Virus record (IMG/VR): IMGVR_UViG_3300031965_000010
Source of the DNA: an uncultured virus (IMG/VR IMGVR_UViG_3300031965_000010)
Taxonomy: Duplodnaviria > Heunggongvirae > Uroviricota > Caudoviricetes
DNA: 64,000 nt
Strand: one strand, 5' to 3'
The position numbers were made by a program, and so were the translations under genes. Position 1 is the stretch's first letter; each line of letters begins with the position of its first letter. This document shows positions 26,970 through 36,905 of this stretch, piece after piece. The notes under the pieces are model-generated. The model was not told where the DNA came from. It ran no database searches and worked only from the letters and a program-made list of their open reading frames with translations.

Positions 26970-28340
26970 TCAGCGCGACGACGGTCCGCGAAAGAGACCA
27001 CCCGCGAGGATTCCGCCCTCGCCCGGCGCCCACTCCGTCGTGTCGTCGAGACCACGCAGCGAGTCGTGTGCGAACTCGGTCGCGTTGTCCGCTCCCTCGC
27101 CCACGGTCGTGTAGTCGCCGATCTCACGGAAGATCCCCGCTTCGGCGTACGCACGACCGCCAACGGTCGTGTAGTCGCCCACGGTCGTGTAGTCGCCGAG
27201 GCCAAGCGAAAGACCGAGAGCCTCCTTCGCCTTCGCCGCGAGACCATCGGTCTTGGTCGACGTCGCCGCCGCTGCCGCAACCGCCTGAACAACCGCCGCC
27301 AAGAGCCCGCCGATGACGACAGCACCCTTGAACTTCGGAGCGACCTTGTCCGCGACAACGTACCCGAGCCCCGCAGTCGCGGCCGTGACGATCGAAGGCA
27401 TGTACGCCGCGAGCGTGGGCTTGTCCGCGAAGAACGCCTTCGGTGTCGCTGCGGGTCCCGTGATCATCTCTGACACCTGACGACCAATCATCGCCGAACC
27501 AAGCAGCGCGACCGCACCTGCGCCAGCCTGCGGAAGGAGGACCTTCGCCGCCGTGAGGAGCCCAGCCATGCCCGGATTCGTTCGAATGTGCATCGCCTTC
27601 GAAAGAGCACTCTTGCCAGCACGCTTCGGGTAGCGCTTCGTCAAACGACGAAGAGCCGACGCGCGATGCGCCTGCGCAGTCGCGACCGCGCGACCAAGCG
27701 AACGCTTCTTTCGGCGGCGCGCCACCTTGCGGAGACGCGACACAACCGCGAGGCCGTGCGAACGTCGCTTGAAACGACGCTTACGGTGACGAGTCACCTT
27801 GCGCGAAGAACGCTTCACGAGCGCCTTCGACGGGTTGCGGCGAAGACGACGCTTCCTGCGACGCGGGCTAGAACGACGAGCGCGCTTCGCGCCAGCGATC
27901 ATCCGCTTCGTCGCGGCACGCTGCGCGGCCGAACGACGCTTCCTGCTCGGGTTGCGCGCGAGACGACGCTTCCGACGACGCGGGTTCGTGCGCGGCGCGG
28001 ACATGGCAATCGCGGCCGGCGATCCTGCCTGCACCGGATTGCGGCGACGACGCACGCGGGACTTCCGGCGCTTCGGGTTGGACTTCAGGCGCGTGAAACG
28101 ACCGAGCTTGTTGCGACGAGCGCGGGGATTGCGACGGGCCTTCTTTGCAGAGCGACGCTTACGACGACGAGCCATGGGATTTTTCCTTTTCGTGTGGACC
28201 TGTGCTTTTTTGGCAGAACGCCGAGACCGACGACGAACCCCACGCACAGCCGGGCGTCCCGGATTTACGACGAGCAACTCGACCGGATTCCGGCGCATGC
28301 GGGTTCGGGCAGAGCGACTCGGCGAACGCGAGAGTTTCAT
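26970..28340 (-). CDS. Arg-rich (protamine-like) membrane-associated core protein, paralog 1
   Basis: Long R/K-rich tract punctuated by NP; C-terminus nearly identical to paralog 2; alternative ATG at 28175. Confidence 0.75.
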   Translation of the reverse strand: MKLSRSPSRSARTRMRRNPVELLVVNPGRPAVRGVRRRSRRSAKKAQVHTKRKNPMARRRKRRSAKKARRNPRARRNKLGRFTRLKSNPKRRKSRVRRRRNPVQAGSPAAIAMSAPRTNPRRRKRRLARNPSRKRRSAAQRAATKRMIAGAKRARRSSPRRRKRRLRRNPSKALVKRSSRKVTRHRKRRFKRRSHGLAVVSRLRKVARRRKKRSLGRAVATAQAHRASALRRLTKRYPKRAGKSALSKAMHIRTNPGMAGLLTAAKVLLPQAGAGAVALLGSAMIGRQVSEMITGPAATPKAFFADKPTLAAYMPSIVTAATAGLGYVVADKVAPKFKGAVVIGGLLAAVVQAVAAAAATSTKTDGLAAKAKEALGLSLGLGDYTTVGDYTTVGGRAYAEAGIFREIGDYTTVGEGADNATEFAHDSLRGLDDTTEWAPGEGGILAGGLFRGPSSR

Positions 28341-28347
28341 GAGGAGA

Positions 28348-28370
28348 ACTCTACCGCCGTTTTTTGCTAC
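28348..28370 (-). promoter_or_regulatory. Viral late-type promoter GTAGCA-N11-TAGAGT
   Basis: Motif match; 7 nt before ATG 28340. Confidence 0.75.
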
Positions 28371-28424
28371 ATCATCAACCACTCAAAACGCGTAGTCACC
28401 ACAGCGCCAATAACGCCAATGACG

Positions 28425-29234
28425 TCACTTCACGATTCCGCGCTCATCGAAGGACATCTCGCCGCCCCGAATCACAATGAGCTGCCAGTGCGGGTCGACA
28501 ATGACGATGGTGCGCTGATCGATTGCGCCGTACACGCGAGACCCAGTGTGGATCGCTACCTCGTCACCTTCCGTAGTCCCGTCCTTGAGACAAAAACTCA
28601 GAGGTGCTGCGAGGTCAGCGAGAACTGCTTTGTTTTGCTCTTTGAAAATCACTTCGTTACGTGTTCTGAAAATTGGTCGGAGCAACTGCTCGACTGTCTT
28701 CTCGCCCCTAAACGGCAAGCCATCTTCAACGAGATGTCGAAGCATCCAGACCTTGGGAGATCCGAAGTGATGAACGTAGTCGTTCGTCTTTCGACCTTTC
28801 TCCCATTTCGATGATCTGTACACGATGTCGTGTGCGGTGCCCACACAACACATCTCGTCGTCACCGTCGCAGCCTGTATCGATTACTCCGACATTTCTAG
28901 GCGGCTTCTTGTGCCACATCTCTGAGACTTCTTCGGCGTGCTCCGTGTCTAACTCGCCGTCATCAGGGTTAACAACTAGAAGCTCGCCAGGATTTTCACG
29001 GACGTGGTCTCGTCTCCCGGGGTTCTCCTTGACATCGTCGCGTCGTGGACACCAACTCGCGTCGTCCTCGGGCGGGAGCTTCTGCCCACCGATGGCCGGC
29101 TTGGTCATCACTTTGATACTTCCGAGCGGACAACCTTCGTCGACCATGTCCGTACGTCGCTGATTCGCGCTGCCGACGTCGTCCCACTCAGAGTCGATGC
29201 AGATCTGCTGAACGTCGACGACATACCACTTCAT
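28425..29234 (-). CDS. Hypothetical virion-module protein with three NP motifs
   Basis: KENPG, RENPG, ELLVVNP (also in paralog 1). Confidence 0.7.
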   Translation of the reverse strand: MKWYVVDVQQICIDSEWDDVGSANQRRTDMVDEGCPLGSIKVMTKPAIGGQKLPPEDDASWCPRRDDVKENPGRRDHVRENPGELLVVNPDDGELDTEHAEEVSEMWHKKPPRNVGVIDTGCDGDDEMCCVGTAHDIVYRSSKWEKGRKTNDYVHHFGSPKVWMLRHLVEDGLPFRGEKTVEQLLRPIFRTRNEVIFKEQNKAVLADLAAPLSFCLKDGTTEGDEVAIHTGSRVYGAIDQRTIVIVDPHWQLIVIRGGEMSFDERGIVK

Positions 29235-29258
29235 GTGAACCTCACAGCCACCACCACA

Positions 29259-29858
29259 TCACTTCCGCTTGTTGAGCGCGCGCTGAACGAAGACGCCTAC
29301 GACGGCTGCGATCGTCGCGGCGAGAACGGTCTGACCAAACGCGGTCTTGGTGACAACCAAATTGGTTTCGCTCGGCGAAGTGGGCGCCGTCGCCGTCGAC
29401 GCAAGTACGTCACCGAGGCCGGTTCCACAAACGCCGCAGACTTCTTCTTCGTACTTGCCTGGGTACGCTGGACGAATCTCGGTGTCGTGCATCCGAGGGC
29501 GCGCGCCTTGAAAGCGCTCTGCGTACGGAGCGTGATGAACCGCGCCGAATCCACTGAGCCCGCCGCCACCACCCACTCGTGAAGCAACGATACCGCGCGC
29601 GACGTTCCCACTCCCAACACGTCTAGCGTTGGATGGAAGCTTGATTGCGAGCGCCTCGGGCGCGAAGCCGATACACACGCGCTCTCCGGCTCGACCGCCT
29701 CCGCCACCGAGCCCCGTCACCGACGCCGCGAGCGGTCCCTGCGGACCCTGGCTCAGCGCGCGATACTTCGTGCCGCGCGAGTCATACTTGGCCGACGTGC
29801 CCGGAGCCTCGTAGTAGTGGAAGCGTCGCTCGTCGTGGTCGAAGACTGAAAAAATCAC
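29259..29858 (-). CDS. Putative virion membrane protein
   Basis: VTGLG, LSGFG, GTGLGD; C-terminal TM plus KRK. Confidence 0.7.
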   Translation of the reverse strand: MIFSVFDHDERRFHYYEAPGTSAKYDSRGTKYRALSQGPQGPLAASVTGLGGGGGRAGERVCIGFAPEALAIKLPSNARRVGSGNVARGIVASRVGGGGGLSGFGAVHHAPYAERFQGARPRMHDTEIRPAYPGKYEEEVCGVCGTGLGDVLASTATAPTSPSETNLVVTKTAFGQTVLAATIAAVVGVFVQRALNKRK

Positions 29859-29870
29859 GTGACACCTCGC

Positions 29871-30392
29871 TCACAACGGAAACGCGCGCACAAATCCGAT
29901 CCGGTCGTGCATCTGCGCGGTGTTCTCATCGGCCACAGGATCTACCGTGATCCACTTCGGAGCGCCTCCAGGAACATTCCCGTCGACACTCGTTCGCCCC
30001 GGTGCTTGAGCGCGCACCGCGACCTGACAGAAAACGTGCGACGGGTTTTTGTCTTCGAACCCAACGACGAGAAAGCGACACTCGTTACCCATCGCCATGC
30101 ACAGCGCGGCGAGCAGGCACGCGATGTCGTCGCAGTCGCCCTGCTTCGACTCCAACAGCCGAGCCGGCGCCTTCACATACTCGACGTTGTGAATGTCTCG
30201 CGCGTAGCGAATGTTTTGACGAACCCAGCAATACAACGCGTAAATCTCGCTGTTGTAGTCGCCCGGTTCGAGACCCGCGCAGATCTTCTCGGCGAGAGGT
30301 CGAAGTGTTTTCTTCGCCTCATTGGCTTTGACCCGCATGACTCGCAGCGTGTCGTCGAGCGTCGGATTCTTGATCAACGTGTGCGAAGGCAT
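29871..30392 (-). CDS. Transglutaminase-like cysteine protease, candidate maturation protease
   Basis: GDCDD (Cys), SHVF (His), WITVDP (Asp). Confidence 0.85.
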   Translation of the reverse strand: MPSHTLIKNPTLDDTLRVMRVKANEAKKTLRPLAEKICAGLEPGDYNSEIYALYCWVRQNIRYARDIHNVEYVKAPARLLESKQGDCDDIACLLAALCMAMGNECRFLVVGFEDKNPSHVFCQVAVRAQAPGRTSVDGNVPGGAPKWITVDPVADENTAQMHDRIGFVRAFPL

Positions 30393-30409
30393 GAGCCCAC
30401 CTTATGCGA

Positions 30410-30742
30410 TCAGCCTTCTTCGATCGAAACTCGCGAATCCGTAGCTGCAATCAAATCCAGCTCCGCGGTGAGGTTTTCCCACCGGATGGCGACGTAAATC
30501 GTGAGGACGCCACCTGTGGCGTTCTGAACGGACACAGCGTTGACCGTCGCTTGCGTGACGGTCATCTCTGCGTTCGTCATGAGCCGACCGTTCACTCCAT
30601 CCGTGACAAGGACTTGGTACGCCCGACGTCCCAAACCATGCGTGAAGGTCAACGTCGCACCGGAGGCGAGAGACACCGGAACCAACGACCCGTGATTGGC
30701 GCCTGCAATAACCGAAACGCCACCTTGACTTGTTGCCGACAT
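30410..30742 (-). CDS. Small beta-rich structural protein
   Basis: AGGAG SD; TFTHGLGRR..VLVTD motif. Confidence 0.65.
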   Translation of the reverse strand: MSATSQGGVSVIAGANHGSLVPVSLASGATLTFTHGLGRRAYQVLVTDGVNGRLMTNAEMTVTQATVNAVSVQNATGGVLTIYVAIRWENLTAELDLIAATDSRVSIEEG

Positions 30743-30764
30743 GTTTCTCTCCTACGTTGCCGGC

Positions 30765-30787
30765 AGTATAGCCAACGATCTTGCTAC
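30765..30787 (-). promoter_or_regulatory. Viral late-type promoter GTAGCA-N11-TATACT
   Basis: Motif match directly after a terminator. Confidence 0.8.
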
Positions 30788-30793
30788 ACAATG

Positions 30794-30822
30794 AAAACGG
30801 GGCCGGTTTTACCCGGCCCCGT
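30794..30822 (-). terminator. Intrinsic terminator
   Basis: ACGGGGCCGG...CCGGCCCCGT stem plus T tract on the - strand. Confidence 0.8.
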
Positions 30823-30840
30823 CGTCACGCCTTCAACCGA

Positions 30841-31233
30841 TCACTGAACGATCGAGTGACGGTGCTTGATGTGCAGGTACGCAAGCTGCCCGGTGGTGTC
30901 GGACATGCCGATGTTCAACTCCGCCTTGGTCGCCGTGACGGCGTCGACGTCGACATCTGCCGTGACCTGATTCTTCTCGGCCGTGACATCGACGCCAGTC
31001 GCGACGAGTTGAATGCTGATTTCGCAATTGGCGCCGCCGCCGAGGAGCGCGGTCCGCATCGCCGCCTGGTTGGCGTAGGTGGTGTTCCACGCTTCCCAAA
31101 GAGGTCCGCCGACGTTCATATCGGCGAGGAGCGTCGCCGACGGGATGGTGGGACCCACCACCGTGCCGTCTCCAGTGAGAAGATAGGTGAGGTGATTTTC
31201 CGAGGACGAGACTTTGACTGCGGTATTCGCCAC
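30841..31233 (-). CDS. Small structural protein, monocistronic (candidate cement/decoration protein)
   Basis: Own late promoter and terminator; ends HRHSIVQ. Confidence 0.65.
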   Translation of the reverse strand: MANTAVKVSSSENHLTYLLTGDGTVVGPTIPSATLLADMNVGGPLWEAWNTTYANQAAMRTALLGGGANCEISIQLVATGVDVTAEKNQVTADVDVDAVTATKAELNIGMSDTTGQLAYLHIKHRHSIVQ

Positions 31234-31296
31234 GACGCTTCTCCATTGCCGCGATGCGGCGGGTTTTAACAGCCCGCAAAATACGCGGGACTGCGG

Positions 31297-31319
31297 AGTC
31301 TAACCCGTCGTGTTGCTAC
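31297..31319 (-). promoter_or_regulatory. Viral late-type promoter GTAGCA-N11-TAGACT
   Basis: Motif match. Confidence 0.8.
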
Positions 31320-31340
31320 ACGAACGTGTCCCCTGCGCTC

Positions 31341-32225
31341 TTATGACTCGATGGAATGCTGTTTCTGCACGTAAAGCGTTCCGGCAACTGAACCAGTGTC
31401 CATGCCTTGAATGCGCACGACAACTTCGACTTCGTCGACGGTCGCAGGGTCGTCGACCGGTGCGTGAGTGACCGCGTTTTGAAACGTGAGAGTCACAACG
31501 CCGGGAACGCCCGCAGCGCCTGCGCCGACGAGCCCAAGCGACTTAATGAACAACGAGTTGGTGTTGTTATCTTGCGTACCACCAGCCGGTGTGACCAGCG
31601 TGAGCGCAGCCGCCGAGCTGTGATTTCGCAGCGTGAGCGCCTGCCCAGCTGTTGCTGTAATGACCGCAACCCCTGTCATCACAGACGTGCCTGTCGCCTG
31701 CCCGTAGATGGTGCTGTCAACTGCCACGCCGTCAAGAAACAACGCAACCTGCTGAGGTTCCGCAACGCCCGTAGTCCACACAACCTCGTACGTACCCGCA
31801 TTCACGATCGTGATCGGAGCCGACGTCGCCGGAACCGGACTGGCCGTGTGAAGGAACGCGCCGGGACTGACCGGGCCGTCCGTATCGAACGGAAACACGC
31901 CTTCGATGGCGACGGTTCCCGCCACCTCTTTGTTGTAGAAAAAGCCGAACACCTCTTCCGAAGGCGCGGAAGCCGGACCCACCATCGCGGACGGTTGAAA
32001 AATTGCCGTGATGGCGTAGTCGACGTTCGGCGCGTTCGGAGCGTTGTTGCCCTGGGTGCCCGTGTTCGGCTCTAGGTTGTTGCCGTATCTGTCAGGGGTC
32101 CCGACGACAGTCGGCCCGTTCGTGAGAACGAAAGTGCCGAGAACGGCGTCATCCCCTTCGACCACAACGGGCTCGGCGAGCGTTCCGACGGGGTAGTAGA
32201 GCTTCAGGCGTTGGTTTGCGGACAC
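31341..32225 (-). CDS. Structural protein with inserted BclA-C/C1q-TNF-like domain
   Basis: ITIVNAGTYEV...QVALFLDG...STIYG...LTLRNHSSAAALTL..AGGTQ; ends QHSIES. Confidence 0.7.
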   Translation of the reverse strand: MSANQRLKLYYPVGTLAEPVVVEGDDAVLGTFVLTNGPTVVGTPDRYGNNLEPNTGTQGNNAPNAPNVDYAITAIFQPSAMVGPASAPSEEVFGFFYNKEVAGTVAIEGVFPFDTDGPVSPGAFLHTASPVPATSAPITIVNAGTYEVVWTTGVAEPQQVALFLDGVAVDSTIYGQATGTSVMTGVAVITATAGQALTLRNHSSAAALTLVTPAGGTQDNNTNSLFIKSLGLVGAGAAGVPGVVTLTFQNAVTHAPVDDPATVDEVEVVVRIQGMDTGSVAGTLYVQKQHSIES

Positions 32226-32250
32226 AAGTCACCCCTAGGTTTGAACCAGG

Positions 32251-32273
32251 AGTCTACTGCGTGCTCTTGCTAC
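32251..32273 (-). promoter_or_regulatory. Viral late-type promoter GTAGCA-N11-TAGACT
   Basis: Motif match. Confidence 0.8.
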
Positions 32274-32314
32274 GTCATCGAATACGTCGCCCGCACCCTA
32301 ACCATCACCCTCGC

Positions 32315-32683
32315 CTACTCGTCGTCTTCGTCCTCTTCGTCCTCTTCGTCCTCTTCGTCCTCGTCTTCGTCGTCATCCTCATCTCCGTCGTCTTCGTCGT
32401 CATCCTCGCCGTACGTGGACAGGTAGAGGTCGGTCGTCATGTCGATGATGGTTTCGATCCCGCTCGTACACTGAGCCGTCAGGTTGTCCACCACGTTCCC
32501 CCGTGTGTCCTTGTCCGGCTGCTCTTCAAGATTTTCCTTACACCACAGATCGACCGTGATCTTGAACATCTGCCGAACGAGCTGTTCGATCTCCTGCCCC
32601 CGGTCAACCTTCGGGCGCTTCGGCTTCACGCTCACCGTGCGAACCGTTGCGGATTTGTTCTTGCTCTTTCTCGAAGTCATCAC
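32315..32683 (-). CDS. Protein with basic N-terminus and poly-Asp/Glu tail
   Basis: Coupled ORF. Confidence 0.7.
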   Translation of the reverse strand: MMTSRKSKNKSATVRTVSVKPKRPKVDRGQEIEQLVRQMFKITVDLWCKENLEEQPDKDTRGNVVDNLTAQCTSGIETIIDMTTDLYLSTYGEDDDEDDGDEDDDEDEDEEDEEDEEDEDDE

Positions 32684-34681
32684 CCCTCCCCGTCATCGGA
32701 CTGAAACATCTCGAACGCAGCTCGAACAAGCTCTTCTCCCTTCGGAGAGAGAATCGCCCAGTCACCGGGAACGTTCGCCTCGACGAACTCCACGATCTGA
32801 TCTGACGAGAGCCCCGCCGTCATGCCCATGAGCATCGGCGCAGCCTCTTCGAAAGGATCTAGAATCTTTTCCACGATTTGCTCTGGCGTCATGTTCCTCT
32901 GTACGGCGAGGTCCACGTTCTTGATGAGCATGGTCCCGGCCAACAACATGTCGCTGTCCGGTGTCGGCATCACGAATTCCGTGAGGTCGTTCGCTGGACC
33001 TTGTGGCGCCTGCGTTTCGGCTGCACGAAATCCCGCATATTCAGGAGAAGGTTGACCTGCCGGATTTGCTTGAGCCTCTTGCGTCGCGGCGACTGTCGCC
33101 GGGTTCTGAACGGGCAACGCCGGACGACGGGGTCCTAGGTCGACCACGATCGGACGCGGCATCTGCTGTTGAGGCTGCGGTTGCGCCTGCGGCGCCTGAC
33201 CCTTACGAGACGACATGAGCTGCTGTGCGACCGGCATGACCGTCTGCGCAATGTTTTGAAGACCCTCCGAGAACTTCTCGAAAGACGTCGGTTCTTGATC
33301 TGAACCTGTAAGCACGCCACTCAGATTCTTCAGCATCATGAGCTGTTCGGTCACAGCCTTCACGCCACCTGTTTCGGCACGTGATGTGATCATCTCCATC
33401 TGCGTCTGTTGGAAATTCTGCATCATCGCCAAATATTCCTGCGTGCGCTGATGGTCCTGCTTCACCCGCTCCGCTTGCGCGAGCATGTCCCGCTCATGTT
33501 GTCGCTGCTTTTCCGCCGCTTCAGCCTTCATTTCTTCACGAATACGCTCGCGCTCTTCCTTGGCGCGCTCTCGTTCAAGCTCCCTCTCCTCTCGCGCCTT
33601 TTCTCTCTCCTCACGAATCTGTTCGCGCCGAGCCTCGTCCGCCTTGCGCTCGTCTTCTCGACGACGATCTTCCGCGCGTTTTTCCTCATCGCGCCGTCGA
33701 TCTTCATCCCGCCTCCGCTCCTCTCGCTCCTCCGCGCGCTTTTCCTCTTCACGACGACGTTCTTCATCACGCCGACGCTCTTCTGCCTTCTTTTCTTCGC
33801 GCTGAACTTCCAAGAGTGCTTTCGTGGACTCCTCGTTTTTTGTGAGAAGCTTTTCGAGAAGTGGAGTGATGACGGGCAATATTTCAGAGACTGCCGAAGG
33901 CGTATCTCGGCTACGCTCCAGAAGCTCCATCACGCGCTGTTGATTCCGCTCGTTCGATTCCGTGATGGCGCGCAGCACCTCGCTCGTCTCCGTAGAATTC
34001 TTCTCTTCCTTCTTGTGTGAAGGCATGGGCTTCGGAAGTCCAGCGATCGAAAACGTCTCGTTCCGGATAATCTGCCGCGACCCCGTAACAGGATGCGGAC
34101 CCCAGACCTTGATGTCGTAGACGCCGCCGCCGAAGCGCTGCTGAATCTGATCGACCGAAACCTGCTGCCGGTAGGTGTGGAGCAGACCCGTGCATGTGAC
34201 GCCGTTTTCGTCCGTGTCCGGCTCAAGACGACTCACACGAACTTCGTACCGACGCGTCGAGAAATTCAGACCCGCCAAGAGTGCGTCGATCTCCTGATAC
34301 GCGTTGTTCTGATACTCGCGCGCCGCATTCAACGCCGGAGAAGCAGCGCGTTGCGCAGGAGTCAAAGACCGCGGACCTCTCACGCCTCGCGGGACGGCCG
34401 GTGCGCCCCTCGGACGACCTCGCGGCTTGGGTGCTCCATTCGAAGCCGGAGCGCTCGTAGCAAGCGTCGCCGCGATAGGCATTGGCTCGCCGCCATCATC
34501 GTCACCGTCGTCACCACCGTCGTCGCCATCACCGTCATCGCCGTCGTCGTCGTCGTCGTCGTCATCATCGTCATCGTCGCCGTCGCCGTCGTCGTCGTCG
34601 TCGGGGCCAGCGCCGGGAAGACCGTCAAGAAACTTTCCGACCGCGCCGTCCTCGTCCACTTCCGGCTTCACTTTCGTATTC

Positions 34682-34692
<11 letters not shown>
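32680..34692 (-). CDS. Large coiled-coil protein (acidic tract, AT-hook-like, E/R-rich helix); possible scaffold
   Basis: Poly-D, KPRGRPR, long EERRR tract. Confidence 0.75.
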
Positions 34693-35337
<645 letters not shown>

Positions 35338-35341
<4 letters not shown>

Positions 35342-36012
35342 TTTTCGTCCTTGTTGAAAATTCCACCCGAACCAGATCCAAAGATTCCGTCCAGCTCTTT
35401 CTCAGTCTCCGGAGAGAGCCCGCTCGGGGGCGCCTCCTCTCCCGGTTTCACGATTCCTATCTGCGGACCGTTTGCGATGTCGTCCATCGTCATCATCAGC
35501 GGAGACTTCCCACTGCCCCACATAGGTTGGTCGGGGAATTCCTCGCGAAGCTTTTGAATCTCTTTAATCGTCATTGGATTGAAGCGCGCGAATCCTTGGT
35601 CGTAGGTCACGTAACCGGGACCCTTCTTTCGTCCAAGAAGTCTCGCCGAGACGCGTTTCCCGATGGCAACCAAACCTGGTTCCTTCTTCGGCTCGTACCT
35701 GTCGCAGTATGTCGGCTCTTCCTCTGAAGTGAACTCGAACAAGAACGAGTCCGTCAGTGTGCAAGAACGGTGTTTCTCGCCGAGTCTCATCGCGTCCGCG
35801 TTCTGCGCTCGGAACTTCTGCGCAACTGACCACAGGTGTTTGCAGCGGATTCCGTTGGCTGCTCCGGTGCAAACGCACGGCGCTCTGTACATGAGGCTTC
35901 GAGCGTCAGCGTTCGGATCTTCGATGAGAGTCATGAAACCTCGCCAGATGTGCGGTGACGATGCTGTATTGAGTTGACGCGCACCGTAAGCGAGGCTTAG
36001 TTTTTTCTGCAA
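35338..36012 (-). CDS. Cys-rich protein (SWIM-like CxC...CKH); start uncertain
   Basis: CVCTGAANGIRCKHLW. Confidence 0.6.
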
Positions 36013-36110
36013 TGAACAAGACTCGTGTAAATCGAAAGGGTTTTTCGGCTAAAAGTGTTCGACAGTGAAAACGCTAGCTACCGTAAAACAAATAGGTTTG
36101 TTAAAAAGCA

Positions 36111-36596
36111 ATGCACAAGATTCACGCGAATAGAACCCTTTCCGCTCGCCGTACATTGACTGCGCGCCTATTCGACGCATCCGACCGTCACACGCCCACC
36201 GTCGCCGGAATTTTAGGAGTCACGCCCCAGGCGATCGGACAACGCCTCGCCAGAAAAGCGATCCGCGAACGTGTGAAACGCAGACGCGCCGAGCATCGAA
36301 AGCGCGCGGCGTCGTCCGCCCTACTACGCGTATGGTGGCGAATGCGTATGCGGCGCATCGACATCGATCCCGCAACTCTCCCTCTCACAGACCCTGTCTG
36401 GAGCGCGTGTCACGCGTTCCCCCGTGGGCTCTTCGTTCGCATCGTCGCCGCGCAAATGCGTGCCGAGCGCCCCAGTGAATCCCTCGCGCCCCCCGAGCGC
36501 ATCGAGGAACTATTGCGGCGAGTCGCCGTCGTGGCGCTCCTTCCCCCGGTCGAAATTGCCGCGCTCGCGTCGGCGCACGGTCTGCTGCCTAAGTGA
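36111..36596 (+). CDS. Helix-turn-helix protein at the transcriptional switch point
   Basis: TVAGILGVTPQAIGQRL. Confidence 0.55.
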   Translation: MHKIHANRTLSARRTLTARLFDASDRHTPTVAGILGVTPQAIGQRLARKAIRERVKRRRAEHRKRAASSALLRVWWRMRMRRIDIDPATLPLTDPVWSACHAFPRGLFVRIVAAQMRAERPSESLAPPERIEELLRRVAVVALLPPVEIAALASAHGLLPK

Positions 36597-36840
36597 CCGT
36601 CCGATGAATCGTCACGCCCGCGCGCTCGTGACGACGTGCGCGGCGTGTCCCTCCATCGACGCGTGACGCCGATGCGTTCCTAGGTCCGGGCCGGTCCGGG
36701 CCGGTCGGATGCGCCGCGCGGGTGTGACCCGGAGCACGTTCGGCGGTTCCTTCCTATACCGTAGCGCGTGACGCTGGACCCTTATTTTCGGCGTTAGGAC
36801 GCCGCGGGACCGTCACGCGTCGATTTTCCTAAGCGGTCGC

Positions 36841-36870
36841 TTGTAGACTGCGGGCGCCGTTTGCTACAGT
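36841..36870 (+). promoter_or_regulatory. Sigma70-type promoter with extended -10
   Basis: TTGTAG-N18-TACAGT with TG at the extended -10, ahead of an AAAGGA SD. Confidence 0.55.
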
Positions 36871-36905
36871 AGAGCGCAGCACGCCGCACCACCGAAAGGA
36901 CCACC

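Noticed and set aside
25570..28814. Long + strand ORFs (25570..27114, 27588..28814 and similar antisense ORFs)
   Set aside because: Shadows of GC-rich - strand genes, with no SD, motifs or promoter support
35500..35530. GSGKS in the 35338-36012 protein as Walker A of a packaging ATPase
   Set aside because: Lacks the first Gly, the preceding hydrophobic strand and any Walker B
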